From Propionibacteriaceae bacterium (GTDB lineage Bacteria > Actinomycetota > Actinomycetes > Propionibacteriales > Propionibacteriaceae), in the NCBI GenBank assembly GCA_031256725.1, contig JAIRQE010000004.1:60001-92000 (forward strand): a DNA stretch of 32,000 bases. The letters run 5' to 3'. The position numbers and the translations under genes were made by a program. This document shows, piece after piece, positions 1 through 10,081 of the stretch (positions within the stretch are counted from its first letter, which is position 1; every line of letters begins with the position of its first letter). The notes beneath the pieces were generated by a model. It was not told the DNA's origin and ran no database searches. It worked only from the letters and a program-made list of their open reading frames with translations.

Positions 1-305
1 TCCAGCCCAAGTTCCTCAGCACAAGCCATGATTGTGGGAATGTCTTTGCTTGCCAACTGGGATTGCAAGGCCAGTGTTGCTGTTGCAACCACAGCTTGGG
101 AGCCAGGATTATCGTGAACAAAGGCTACTACTGGAGCAAGATATCCAAGAGATTTTCCTGTACCCGTACCTGCTTGAATCAGAGCGTGATGCTTGGATGA
201 GATTGAGTCAACAATGGTGGCAACCATCTGCTCTTGGCCTGGGCGTGGTTCACCTGAGATCTGTGCGACTGCATGCGACAGCAGTTGTGTACTCAAGTCA
301 ACCAT
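1..305 (-). CDS. DinG/Rad3-like ATP-dependent DNA helicase, N-terminal 101 codons (gene runs off the window start)
   Basis: My own minus-strand translation from the ATG at 305 (in-frame TAG 4 codons upstream) gives MVDLSTQLLSHAVAQISGEPRPGQEQMVATIVDSISSKHHALIQAGTGTGKSLGYLAPVV...VVATATLALQSQLASKD. RPGQ, the QAGTGTGKS Walker A and TATLALQ are DinG-family motifs. It is missing from the ORF track because it is open-ended. Confidence 0.75.
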   Translation of the reverse strand, partial: MVDLSTQLLSHAVAQISGEPRPGQEQMVATIVDSISSKHHALIQAGTGTGKSLGYLAPVVAFVHDNPGSQAVVATATLALQSQLASKDIPTIMACAEELGL

Positions 306-352
306 CGAATCAGTCTATCGAGGCGGGCCGACAGTTCCTGGCAGGCTCGCCC

Positions 353-1840
353 TCACTGCGACTTAGGCTGAACCAAGTATGTCTCAAGAAATCCTGACAG
401 AGTCTTGTTCACATAGGCCACAACTCTCGTACCCTCCTCCGTATGATCCAGGGATTCGACCCGACCATGTCTGTGAATACGATCCAAAAGATCTCCACGA
501 TCGAAGGGTAGGAGTACCTCCACTCGGTCATCAAGTTCTGGAAGGCGTTCATCAATTCTAGTGAGAAGAGTGTCGATGCCTTCACCTGTACCAACCGAAA
601 CGAGGATGGCGTCAGGGAATCTACTTCGTAGCTCTACCCGTACCGATTCATCAACGAGATCAATCTTGTTGACTACGATCAACTCAGGGATGCTGGCAGC
701 CTCAATATCGGCGAGTACCTCTCGTACTGCTGCAATTTGGCCAGCGGGGTCAGGATCAGAACCGTCAACGACGTGAACGAGAAGATCCGCATTCAGCGAC
801 TCTTCCAAGGTTGAAGCGAAGGATTCCACAAGGTCTGTGGGAAGCCTACGGATGAAACCAACAGTGTCAGTCAGGGTGTACTCTCGGCCAGACGCAGTTT
901 CAGTTCGCCGAGTTATGGGGTCCAAGGTCGCGAATAGGGAGTTGTCCACAAGAACACTTGCATTCGTCAGTGCATTGAGGAGAGAGGATTTTCCTGCGTT
1001 GGTATACCCAACAATGGCAACTGAGGGAATCTTGCTGCGTACCCGTGAGGCTCTCTTGACCTCTCGTGCGGCTTTCATCTGCTTGAGTTGGGCGCGCAGA
1101 CGAGAGATTCTGGAGGCAATCCTTCGGCGATCCGTTTCAATCTTGGTCTCACCAGGGCCTCGACCACCGATACCTGCACCTGAGGCAGCACGGCCACCAA
1201 CCTGACGCGATAAGCTTGTCCCCCATCCACGTAGACGCTGGCGAAGATAGGTCAATTGGGCCAGCTCGACTTGGGCCTTACCCTCTTTAGATTTCGCGTG
1301 TTGGGCGAAGATGTCAAGGATCAGAGCTGTACGGTCGATGACCTTGACATTGACTCGGTCTTCAAGGTTTCGTAGCTGCGCGGCAGTGAGTTCACCGTCA
1401 CAGATCACAGTGTCAGCCTCAACGTGAGCCACAACCTCAGCCAACTCGGTGACCTTACCTCGACCGAGGAAGGTGGCGGGATCAGGAGTGGATCGTGTCT
1501 GCATGATCGCCGCGAGTACATTAGATCCAGCGGTCTCTGCCAGGAGTTGGAGTTCAGTAAAGGAGCGTTCCACTTCAGCATCTGTGAGTTTGGAACTTCC
1601 GATTCCCACCAGTACAACCCTCTCAAGCCTGAGGGCACGGTATTCAACCTCGGTGATGTCTTGAAGATCAGTACGAATCCCCTCAATTCTCTTAAGGGAG
1701 ATACGGTCAGCTAGATCAGCAGCTCCTTGGTGAAAATCCTCGTCGTAATCATAGGAATCGTCATAGAGATCTGGATCATCGAAATCTTCAGGATCATCCT
1801 CGTACTCCTCATCCTCGAACTCTACAGTCTCATCAGCCAT
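353..1840 (-). CDS. hflX: GTPase HflX
   Basis: 495-aa ORF with G1 GYTNAGKSSLLNALT, G3 DTVGF and G4 NKID plus an HflX-type N-domain. The start overlaps the dapF stop by 8 nt. It has an unusual acidic N-terminal tail (see findings). Confidence 0.93.
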   Translation of the reverse strand: MADETVEFEDEEYEDDPEDFDDPDLYDDSYDYDEDFHQGAADLADRISLKRIEGIRTDLQDITEVEYRALRLERVVLVGIGSSKLTDAEVERSFTELQLLAETAGSNVLAAIMQTRSTPDPATFLGRGKVTELAEVVAHVEADTVICDGELTAAQLRNLEDRVNVKVIDRTALILDIFAQHAKSKEGKAQVELAQLTYLRQRLRGWGTSLSRQVGGRAASGAGIGGRGPGETKIETDRRRIASRISRLRAQLKQMKAAREVKRASRVRSKIPSVAIVGYTNAGKSSLLNALTNASVLVDNSLFATLDPITRRTETASGREYTLTDTVGFIRRLPTDLVESFASTLEESLNADLLVHVVDGSDPDPAGQIAAVREVLADIEAASIPELIVVNKIDLVDESVRVELRSRFPDAILVSVGTGEGIDTLLTRIDERLPELDDRVEVLLPFDRGDLLDRIHRHGRVESLDHTEEGTRVVAYVNKTLSGFLETYLVQPKSQ

Positions 1841-2648
1841 GGGGTAGGATCACCTCCCCGCGGGCGATGATGACTGCTGGGCCGATAAGTTGGGCTTCAC
1901 CTTGATCATCGAACTCCACTTTGAGTCGTCCCCCTGGTACATCCACCTTGAACTTGGCCTGACGTAGGGTGTCTGGGTGGTCTGTGGAGGTACGCATCCT
2001 CTCGTTGAGAGCTGCCGCGACGACTCCTGTACCACAGGACATGGTCTCACCCACTCCACGTTCCAGTACCCTCATCTTCAGGTGAGAATCGCCAACAATG
2101 GTGACAAACTCCACGTTGACCCCTTCAGGAAAATGATCCGAGTGTACAGCCGAAGTCAGATCAAGTTCATTCAATTCTTCAACAGAATCCACCATAACAA
2201 CACAATGGGGGTTCCCCACATCGACTGGATGCCCGCTGTAGTCACGATCCCCCAGTGTTACCGTTACCGGGTTCATATCCCATGTCGGTACACCCATAGT
2301 TACGCTGATCGATCCATCCCAGGTTGTTCTAGCGTGACGGATACCTGCCCGGGTAGCAATGTCAACAGTATCTCCACTGACGAGATCCTGTTCCATCAAC
2401 CATTTCACGAAGACTCTCAGCCCATTCCCGCACATCTCAGCAATGGATCCATCGGCATTGCGGTAATCCATGAACCACAGTTGCTCTGCTTTGACTGCTC
2501 TGAGGAATCCGTCAGCCCCAATTCCTGCTCGCCGATCGCAGAGGAAGCGTACATCCTCATCACTGGGATTGAGCATCCCGGAGCGGTCGTTGATGAGAAC
2601 GAAATCGTTATGGGTTCCATGACCCTTCGCGAATAACCAGGTACGCAT
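1833..2648 (-). CDS. dapF: Diaminopimelate epimerase
   Basis: Both catalytic Cys motifs are present (EMCGNG and MSCGTG), with KGHGTHNDFVLI at the N-terminus. The ORF is open to 2684, but the ATG at 2648 (MRTWLFAKGHG...) is preceded by GGAAAGGGG and fits the family N-terminus better. Confidence 0.9.
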   Translation of the reverse strand: MRTWLFAKGHGTHNDFVLINDRSGMLNPSDEDVRFLCDRRAGIGADGFLRAVKAEQLWFMDYRNADGSIAEMCGNGLRVFVKWLMEQDLVSGDTVDIATRAGIRHARTTWDGSISVTMGVPTWDMNPVTVTLGDRDYSGHPVDVGNPHCVVMVDSVEELNELDLTSAVHSDHFPEGVNVEFVTIVGDSHLKMRVLERGVGETMSCGTGVVAAALNERMRTSTDHPDTLRQAKFKVDVPGGRLKVEFDDQGEAQLIGPAVIIARGEVILPHG

Positions 2649-2728
2649 GCTCACCCCTTTCCATGACGGCAGCCCATCAATCAAGACTCAGACGGTTCAG
2701 CCTATCAGGTACGGTTTTGACCTCGTGA

Positions 2729-3643
2729 TCACTGGGGCATGAGAGTGTAGAGAATCTCGGGAGCACTGGTGATCAAGGGTACCCACCAGATACGTGGATC
2801 TCGTTTCCACCAGGAAATTTGTCTACGAGAGAACTGCCGGGTTTTGATAATCGTCAGTTCTTGAGCTTGCTCCCAGGTGAGTTCGCCGTCAAGATAGTCC
2901 ATGACCTGGCGGTACCCAATGGCTCGTGAAGCTGTCGGGGATTCACGAAGCCCACGCTCAAGCAGTCGTTGTACTTCCTGAACGAAACCCGATTCCCACA
3001 TTGACTTCACTCTCTCCGCAATGCGTTCATCCATGGTTTGGCGATCTATCTCCAACCCGACTTGGTGTACCTCGTCAATAGCATAGTTCCACTGAGGAAG
3101 GGTGGCCTGGAAGTCCCCAGTGAGCTCAATGGATTCCAGGGCACGGATGATACGACGAGTATTGGAAACACTGATCTCTTCAGCCGCCTTCGGATTGTAG
3201 GTTCGTAGTCTCTCATGAAGCACCTGGGCTCCCACCTCATCCAATTCCCGAGTCAGCCGCGCGCGCAGGTCCTCATCTGTGGGTGGAAACTGAAAGTCAT
3301 CAATGATCCCGTGAAGATAGAGTGCAGATCCTCCCACAACCACGGGTACAACACCTCGATCCCTGCATTCCTTAATAGTCTCACGGGCCAGGCTTTGAAA
3401 GAGGGCCACCGAAGCATTCTGGGTAATCTCCATGAAATCGATGAGATGATGGGTCACTCCGCGCCGCTCTTCAATCGTGGGCTTGGCTGTACCAATGTCC
3501 ATCCCCTTGTAAACCAGCATCGAATCCGCGTTGATAATCTCGGCTTCCTGGCCTTGGTTCTTCAATTCCAGAGCGAGGTCAATAGCCAGCGCAGTCTTCC
3601 CAGTGGCAGTTGAGCCGACCAGTACGATCACAGGAAGCATCAC
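2729..3643 (-). CDS. miaA: tRNA dimethylallyltransferase
   Basis: 304-aa ORF with P-loop GSTATGKTALAIDLA and family-typical IINADSMLVYKGMDIGTAKP. The start (GTG 3643 or ATG 3640) overlaps the TGA of the upstream ABC-F gene. Confidence 0.92.
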   Translation of the reverse strand: MMLPVIVLVGSTATGKTALAIDLALELKNQGQEAEIINADSMLVYKGMDIGTAKPTIEERRGVTHHLIDFMEITQNASVALFQSLARETIKECRDRGVVPVVVGGSALYLHGIIDDFQFPPTDEDLRARLTRELDEVGAQVLHERLRTYNPKAAEEISVSNTRRIIRALESIELTGDFQATLPQWNYAIDEVHQVGLEIDRQTMDERIAERVKSMWESGFVQEVQRLLERGLRESPTASRAIGYRQVMDYLDGELTWEQAQELTIIKTRQFSRRQISWWKRDPRIWWVPLITSAPEILYTLMPQ

Positions 3644-5433
3644 TGCCCCTCCAATCGTGCGCCGATTTCAAGCCACTCTTCTTCAACAGCCTCGCGTTCC
3701 GCTTTCGCTGCCTCGACCTTAGCCATCAGATCTTGAAGTATCACCCAGTCGGTCGGGTCAGTGGCACCCATATGATCATGAAGGGCAGCCATTGTTTCCT
3801 CAATTCGCGCCAGCCGGTTCTCAAGGGTACCCAACTGTTTACGAAGGACCCTGTGTTGACTTGAGGCGGTTTCGGTGGACTTGGGTTTAGCTGGATCCTC
3901 CTTATCGTCCTTTGTTCTCACGAGGCGCATGTACTCGTCAATTCCGCCTGGCAGGTGACGCAATCGGGAGTCAATCACTGCGTATTGTTGATCGGTGACC
4001 CTCTCCATGAAGTACCGGTCATGGGAGACAACAATCAGTGTTCCAGGCCAGGTGTCCAGGAGGTCCTCCAAGGCGGTCAACATCTCTGTGTCCACATCAT
4101 TGGTCGGCTCATCCAGAATGAGAACATTGGGTTCTTGGCAGAGCACCAAAAGGATCTGAAGTCGTCGCTTCTGACCACCTGAGAGTTGCCCAATCCGAGC
4201 AGACAGATGTGCGGAAGAGAACCCTAATTGCTCCAAGAGTTGCCCAGGGCTCATCTCCTTGCCCTCCACCTGGAAGACGGTCTTCAAGTTCCCCACAACA
4301 TGACTGACCATCTCATCTCGGAACTCGTCTAGAACTGAATTGGCTTGATCCAAGACAGCCAAACGTACAGATCGCCCTGTGGTGACCCGACCTTGGGTGG
4401 GAGAAAGTCGCCCATCCATCAAGGAGAGCAGAGTCGATTTGCCTGCCCCATTGAGTCCAAGAATCCCGGTACGTTCCCCAGGCGCAATCCTCCATGTCAC
4501 ATTGTCAAGAATCATGGGGGCATCTGCCCCGGACTCGGATGGGTAAGAGAAACTCACATCAACAAGGTCGATGACCTTCTTCCCCAAGCGGGCAATAGCC
4601 ATCTTCTTAAGTTGAGTCGTATTCCTTATCTCAGGTACATCAGCGATCAGCGAGTTGGCTGCCTCGATTCTGAATCGTGTTTTAGAGGTACGAGCCGGAG
4701 GCCCACGTCGCAGCCATGCCAATTCCTTGCGCATCAGGTTACGTCTTTTATTCTCTGCAACCATAGCCTGACGGTCACGTTCGACACGGGCTAGGACATA
4801 GGCAGCGTACCCTCCTGAGAAAGGATCAACACAGCCGTCGTGTATCTCCCAGGTTGTCTGGGCAACCTCATCAAGAAACCATCGATCATGGGTGACGAGG
4901 AGCAACCCACCCTTGGAGGAGATCCATCGTGTTTTGAGATGTTCGGCAAGCCATATGATGGCCTCCAAATCCAGATGGTTAGTGGGCTCATCAAGAGCAA
5001 GAACATCCCAATCCTCGACTAGGACACATGCAAGCCCGACCTTTCGAGACTCCCCACCACTAAGTTCTCGAAGATCAGCATCAAGGCCAATGGAGGCTAC
5101 GAGCCCATCAACAATTCCCCTCATGAAGGCATTGGAGGCCCATTCGTACCTTGGACGTCCTCCAAAAATAGCCTGCTCAACTGTATGGGAGTCCGGGTTT
5201 GGTGCCTCTTCTTGTCCGAAGAAACCGACACGCAAACCTGAACGGTGGGTCACCTTTCCTGATGTGGGTTGTAGCCGACCCGACAATATCCCGAGAAGGG
5301 AAGATTTGCCATCCCCATTTCGCCCGACTATACCGACTCGATCACCATCATCGATCCCACAGGTGACCTGAGTGAGAACAGTGGTTGTTGGGTATTCTAA
5401 CCCGATCTTTTCTCCAGAGAGCAGATGTGCCAT
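3640..5433 (-). CDS. ABC-F family ATPase (Uup/EttA-like, no TM domain, C-terminal coiled coil)
   Basis: 597 aa with two ABC cassettes: Walker A GRNGDGKSSLL and GLNGAGKSTLL, signatures LSGGE and LSGGQ. The C-terminal segment is charged and helical. No membrane domain is present. Confidence 0.9.
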   Translation of the reverse strand: MAHLLSGEKIGLEYPTTTVLTQVTCGIDDGDRVGIVGRNGDGKSSLLGILSGRLQPTSGKVTHRSGLRVGFFGQEEAPNPDSHTVEQAIFGGRPRYEWASNAFMRGIVDGLVASIGLDADLRELSGGESRKVGLACVLVEDWDVLALDEPTNHLDLEAIIWLAEHLKTRWISSKGGLLLVTHDRWFLDEVAQTTWEIHDGCVDPFSGGYAAYVLARVERDRQAMVAENKRRNLMRKELAWLRRGPPARTSKTRFRIEAANSLIADVPEIRNTTQLKKMAIARLGKKVIDLVDVSFSYPSESGADAPMILDNVTWRIAPGERTGILGLNGAGKSTLLSLMDGRLSPTQGRVTTGRSVRLAVLDQANSVLDEFRDEMVSHVVGNLKTVFQVEGKEMSPGQLLEQLGFSSAHLSARIGQLSGGQKRRLQILLVLCQEPNVLILDEPTNDVDTEMLTALEDLLDTWPGTLIVVSHDRYFMERVTDQQYAVIDSRLRHLPGGIDEYMRLVRTKDDKEDPAKPKSTETASSQHRVLRKQLGTLENRLARIEETMAALHDHMGATDPTDWVILQDLMAKVEAAKAEREAVEEEWLEIGARLEGQ

Positions 5434-5556
5434 TAGCTCCTCCCAACCCCGCAGGCATGGTGGAAGGCCGGTACATGATGGAGGTTCATAGCCCTAGGTT
5501 AGCGGAATCTGGAGGATCTATGCCTACAAAAAATGCGACCAGAGCATTGTGACCGT

Positions 5557-5572
5557 GTAACAATCCCGAAAC
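5557..5572 (+). promoter_or_regulatory. Candidate GlnR box upstream of glnA
   Basis: GTAAC-aatccc-GAAAC matches both half-sites of the published actinobacterial GlnR consensus gTnAc-n6-GaAAc exactly. It lies about 80 nt upstream of the glnA ATG at 5652. Only one a/b pair is clear. Confidence 0.45.
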
Positions 5573-5651
5573 ACTGATGCAATTACCCAGCAACCCCACT
5601 ATGAAAGGCTCATCTACATCAAGGCAACCCCAACAAAGTGATGGAGGAAAA

Positions 5652-7082
5652 ATGTTCAAGAATGCTGACGAGTTGTTAGCGTATGCATCCAAGGAAGGTG
5701 TCGAAAACTTCGATATCCGGTTCTGTGATCTGCCCGGTGTGATGCAGCACTTCACTGTGCCTAAGGAGTCTTTCGGTCAGGATGTTTTCACTGAGGGGCT
5801 TGCATTCGATGGGTCCAGCATCCGTGGCTTCCAGCAGATCCATGAATCCGACATGGCTTTGTTGCCTGATCCGACGACTGCGTTCATTGATCCTTTCCGC
5901 AGGTCGAAGACCATGGTCATCAACTTCTTCGTTCACGATCCGTTAACCAAGGAAGCCTATAGCCGCGATCCACGCAATATTGCTCGCAAGGCTGAGGCTT
6001 ATCTCGCCTCAACAGGTGTCGCTGACACGGCTTTCTTCGCTCCTGAAGCTGAGTTCTATGTCTTCGATTCGGTACGTTTCGAAACCAAGGGTTCCGCCGG
6101 GTACTACTTCATCGACTCAGAAGAGGGCGCATGGAACTCTGGCGCTGACACCGATTCTGACGGTCGCCCAAACCGTGGCTACAAGATTAAGTACAAGGGT
6201 GGCTACTTCCCAGTCTCCCCTGTTGACCACCAGGCTGATCTTCGTGACGACATGGTTGCCAAGCTCACCCAAGTTGGACTCACTGTCGAACGCGCTCACC
6301 ACGAGGTCGGTACAGCTGGTCAGGCTGAGATCAACTATCGCTTCAATACCTTACTAGCTGCTGCCGATGAGGTGATGAAGTTCAAGTACGTCATCAAGAA
6401 TACTGCCTGGGAGGCCGGCAAGACTGCCACCTTCATGCCGAAGCCAATCTTCGGTGACAATGGTTCAGGTATGCACATCCACCAGTCCTTGTGGGAAAAG
6501 GGTAATCCCCTGTTCTATGACGAGACTGGATACGCTGGCTTGTCTGATTTGGCGCGCTACTACATTGGTGGCTTGCTGCATCACGCACCCTCACTGCTCG
6601 CCTTCACGAACCCGACAACGAACTCCTACCACCGTCTGGTTCCAGGGTTCGAAGCACCAGTGAATCTGGTCTACTCGTCGCGTAACCGTTCGGCCTGTAT
6701 CCGTATCCCGATTACGGGCGCCAACCCGAAGGCTGCACGTCTTGAGTTCCGTTGCCCAGATCCTAGCTCGAACCCCTATCTGGCCTTTGCTGCCTGTCTG
6801 TTGGCTGGTTTGGATGGCATCCAGAACAAGATCGAGCCACCCACACCGATCGATAAGGATCTCTATGAACTTCCTCCTGAGGAACATGCACAGGTCAACC
6901 AGGTGCCAGCCTCCTTGGATGCTGTTCTTGATGCTCTGGAAGCTGACCATGACTATCTGACCACAGGCGATGTCTTCACCTCCGACCTGATCGAGACGTG
7001 GATTCAGATGAAGCGCGACGACATTGACGCGATCCGTACCAGACCGCATCCTCACGAGTTCGAGATGTACTACGACCTCTAA
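5652..7082 (+). CDS. glnA: Glutamine synthetase type I (GSI-beta, adenylylatable)
   Basis: The start is set at the ATG at 5652 ([30 protein letters not shown]), preceded by GGAGGA at 5643-5648. The ORF-track start at 5577 adds 25 non-homologous residues. The adenylylation-site motif [10 protein letters not shown] has its Tyr codon at 6864-6866 (residue 405). Confidence 0.95.
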   Translation: MFKNADELLAYASKEGVENFDIRFCDLPGVMQHFTVPKESFGQDVFTEGLAFDGSSIRGFQQIHESDMALLPDPTTAFIDPFRRSKTMVINFFVHDPLTKEAYSRDPRNIARKAEAYLASTGVADTAFFAPEAEFYVFDSVRFETKGSAGYYFIDSEEGAWNSGADTDSDGRPNRGYKIKYKGGYFPVSPVDHQADLRDDMVAKLTQVGLTVERAHHEVGTAGQAEINYRFNTLLAAADEVMKFKYVIKNTAWEAGKTATFMPKPIFGDNGSGMHIHQSLWEKGNPLFYDETGYAGLSDLARYYIGGLLHHAPSLLAFTNPTTNSYHRLVPGFEAPVNLVYSSRNRSACIRIPITGANPKAARLEFRCPDPSSNPYLAFAACLLAGLDGIQNKIEPPTPIDKDLYELPPEEHAQVNQVPASLDAVLDALEADHDYLTTGDVFTSDLIETWIQMKRDDIDAIRTRPHPHEFEMYYDL

Positions 7083-7098
7083 ATCAACCCTCCTAGGG

Positions 7099-7133
7099 GC
7101 CCGGCTGTGACTTTCACAGCCGGGCTTTGTTTT
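7099..7133 (+). terminator. Rho-independent terminator of glnA
   Basis: Perfect 12-bp stem GCCCGGCTGTGA / TCACAGCCGGGC with loop CTT, followed by TTTGTTTT. It starts 17 nt after the glnA stop and sits in the convergent gap with glnE. Confidence 0.88.
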
Positions 7134-7135
7134 CG

Positions 7136-10060
7136 TCAGGCGTCTATTCCCCAAAAGAGTCGGTTGGCGACATCTCGGGCCTTGCGAGAGACACGCAGCC
7201 ACTCCTCGGCTAAAAGTGAAGAGCCCTCGAATCCCATAACAGTGGAAACATAGGGTAGATCTGTTGCCGTGAGAACATCTGAAGATTGATTCTTCACGAG
7301 GGTGATCGTGTTACGAATCCTGGATGCAAGGATAAAGGACTCACGCAAACTCTCCGCTTCGATTTCCTTAATAAGATCGGCCTCTAGGGCTGCATCCAAG
7401 GCTTCAAGGGTGCCAGTTACCCTCAAAGATTCCACCTTCCATGCGTGGGCGAGTTGGATCACCTGGATGGTCCACTCAATATCACTCAATCCCCCTGGGC
7501 CAAGTTTCACATGGAAGCGAGGGTCTGTCCCCTTCGTGATTCTCTCCGACTCCATGCGTGCCTTCAAACGCCGTATTTCCACCAACTGCGATTGGGTAAT
7601 TCCCCCCTCGGGATACCGGAGGGTATCAATGGTGGTCAACAGTGAGTGCCCTAGATCCGGGTTTCCCCCACCGAACCTTGCTCTGACCAATGCTTGTGAC
7701 TCCCAGGTGGCAGCCCACTTCTCATAGTAGGTACGACTGGAGTGAAGGGTACGAACAAGGGGCCCATCTTTACCCTCTGGTCGCAACCCAATATCGATTT
7801 CAAGATCGGGGTCGGGGCCTGGTACCTTCAGGATCTTCCTCATATCAGCCAGAATCTTTGTACCCTTGCGTACCATTTCCGGGTCATCACTATCCTCAAG
7901 AACGACGAGAATATCGGCATCGGAGGAATAGGCCATCTCCTGACCACCCCAGCGTCCCAATGCGATGATGCTCATTTCTGGAGGATCCTCATAGAGTGCC
8001 TGTGCTGCTTTGAGTGCTGCCGAAATGGCTTCACCATTGAGATCTGAGAGGTGGCGGCCAACCTCGGTTGTGGTGATGTGGCCCAGGATATCCTCCATAG
8101 CAATGCGCAGGAGTTCACGACGTCTGGTAGCTCGGATGATTTCCGGTAGGCGAGTATCTGTCCCATAGCGGGTCAACAACCCTGAAAACTCTGTCGAGAG
8201 GGACTCCCGTGAAGGTATAACTCTGTCTTGGTTTCCGATCAGCATTTCTGCACTAGCCGGTGATCTTTGCAAAAGGGATGATGCGTACCGAGACGTCGAC
8301 AGGATCAGGGCAAGATCCTGGGCCATCTTACCCTCATCCCTGAGTGCCCTCAGGAAGAAGGGAGTTGAACCCAAAGAGTCAGCCATCTGTCTGAATGCCA
8401 GCAATCCAGCATCAGGGTTGGGCCCCGAAGCGATCCATCCCAACAAAGCCGGGAGCAATTGTCTTAGTATCTCTGCACGCCTGCTCATTCCCTGGGTCAA
8501 GGATTCGATATGTCGAAGCGCTGCCCGTGGATCGGCGTACCCTAGTCCACGCAAACGCTCGGCAGCAGCCTCAGGAGTGAGCTTGATCTCCTCAGTTGGA
8601 ATCCGGGCAACCGCAGCAAGAAGGGGCGAATAATAGATCTTGAGATGGAGCTTGAGTACCAAGACTGCGGAGGCTCTCCAGGCACTCACAACCTGGTCTG
8701 CCTCTTTCAAGCCAACAGACCTTGCCAGACGTCGTAATTGTTGAGGGTCCTCGGGCATCAGGTGGGTCCTCTTGAGGTTGTACAACTGCAAACGGTGTTC
8801 CAACAGGCGCTGGAAACGGTACGCCTGATCCAGTTCAGCACCATCGCCTCGACCTACGTACCCGTGGGCGACTAGCAGATTGAGCCCTGCGAGTGTACCT
8901 CTGACTCGCAGACGTTCATCAGTACGACCGTGAACGAGTTGCAGGAGTTGTACCGAAAACTCTGTATCCCTCAGACCGCCTTGGGAAAGTTTGATCTCTC
9001 GATTCTTCTCGTTCTGGGGGATATAGGAGACCACGCGGCCTCTCATGACTTGGGCCTGAGAGACGAAGCCATCATTCTCTGCAGCACTCCACACCAAGGG
9101 TGAGACGAGGTCAACGAACTCTTGGGCGAGGTCCAGATCCCCTGCCATGGGGCGGGCCTTGAGCATGGCCTGGAATTCCCAATTCTTGGCCCAGGTTGTG
9201 TAATAGGTTTTCATTCCCGACAGGGTTCGCACCAATGCTCCCGCAGCACCCTCAGGCCTGAGGTTGGCATCCAGTTCCCAGATTGATCCGGCGGCAGTAT
9301 AGGTGGAACAGGTGGCAGTGATCTTTGTCGCCATGAGTGTGGCGATGCGTACCGCTTCTTGAGGGGTACACAGGGGGCCTTCATCGCCGATCTGGGGTTC
9401 CGCAACGAAGATCACATCAACATCGGAAAGATAGTTGACCTCTTGTGCGCCAGTTTTGCCAAGGGCAAGGATTCCTAGGCGTACTAACTCATACTCAGGC
9501 ACCTGGGTTTTGGCGATGGTTACTGCCGCTTCAACCACGGCATCATCAAGATCGGAGAGTTCCTGGCAGATGAGATCCACGATCGACTGGGGATCGGGAT
9601 GGGAAAGGTCTCTGGAAGCAATCCTCATGAGGTGTCGACGATAGGCCCACCTCAGTTCGAGGATCCCGGATTCTGGGGACTTCGTACCATCGAAACCGAT
9701 CCGTTCGAGGAGGTCATTGTGGATTGCCTCGCGATCCCATGGGTGGTCATCCTCGAAACAGACTTCCGCATCCTGAGGTCTCTGCTTCAACCATCTTCCC
9801 AAAGTCGCTGAACCACCCAAGAGTGCAACCAGCCGTCTCCATCCTGGATTTTCGGGGTCCATGCCGTGAAGATCCCAGACCTCTGCCAATTCGGTGAGTG
9901 CAAAGAACCCCTGATCTGGATCTGAGGCCACTGAACACATCTGCCCTGCGATGGTGGCCAAGCCTTCACGCTGGGATTCAAGGATCGAGGCTATGCGCTC
10001 CGCACGATCCGAATCCATGAATCCCCATCGAATCCACTCCGCCCTGCTTGGAATACCCAT
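7136..10060 (-). CDS. glnE: Bifunctional glutamine synthetase adenylyltransferase/adenylyl-removing enzyme
   Basis: 974 aa with two nucleotidyltransferase cores (GKTGAQEVNYLSDVDVIFV and GRWGGQEMAYSSDADILVV). The N-terminus WIRWGFMDSDRA fits the family pattern. Confidence 0.95.
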   Translation of the reverse strand: MGIPSRAEWIRWGFMDSDRAERIASILESQREGLATIAGQMCSVASDPDQGFFALTELAEVWDLHGMDPENPGWRRLVALLGGSATLGRWLKQRPQDAEVCFEDDHPWDREAIHNDLLERIGFDGTKSPESGILELRWAYRRHLMRIASRDLSHPDPQSIVDLICQELSDLDDAVVEAAVTIAKTQVPEYELVRLGILALGKTGAQEVNYLSDVDVIFVAEPQIGDEGPLCTPQEAVRIATLMATKITATCSTYTAAGSIWELDANLRPEGAAGALVRTLSGMKTYYTTWAKNWEFQAMLKARPMAGDLDLAQEFVDLVSPLVWSAAENDGFVSQAQVMRGRVVSYIPQNEKNREIKLSQGGLRDTEFSVQLLQLVHGRTDERLRVRGTLAGLNLLVAHGYVGRGDGAELDQAYRFQRLLEHRLQLYNLKRTHLMPEDPQQLRRLARSVGLKEADQVVSAWRASAVLVLKLHLKIYYSPLLAAVARIPTEEIKLTPEAAAERLRGLGYADPRAALRHIESLTQGMSRRAEILRQLLPALLGWIASGPNPDAGLLAFRQMADSLGSTPFFLRALRDEGKMAQDLALILSTSRYASSLLQRSPASAEMLIGNQDRVIPSRESLSTEFSGLLTRYGTDTRLPEIIRATRRRELLRIAMEDILGHITTTEVGRHLSDLNGEAISAALKAAQALYEDPPEMSIIALGRWGGQEMAYSSDADILVVLEDSDDPEMVRKGTKILADMRKILKVPGPDPDLEIDIGLRPEGKDGPLVRTLHSSRTYYEKWAATWESQALVRARFGGGNPDLGHSLLTTIDTLRYPEGGITQSQLVEIRRLKARMESERITKGTDPRFHVKLGPGGLSDIEWTIQVIQLAHAWKVESLRVTGTLEALDAALEADLIKEIEAESLRESFILASRIRNTITLVKNQSSDVLTATDLPYVSTVMGFEGSSLLAEEWLRVSRKARDVANRLFWGIDA

Positions 10061-10081
10061 GATTCACGATAACCTTTCTGG

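Noticed and set aside
32-397. 121-aa plus-strand ORF from the track
   Set aside because: It is antisense to the DinG-like helicase N-terminus, which has clear Walker A and helicase motifs, and to the hflX 3' end. It has no recognisable motif and a low-complexity composition.
5577-5651. 25-codon upstream extension of glnA in the ORF track
   Set aside because: The GS family N-terminus begins at MFKNADELL (5652), which has a GGAGGA SD. The extension has no homology and would contain the SD.
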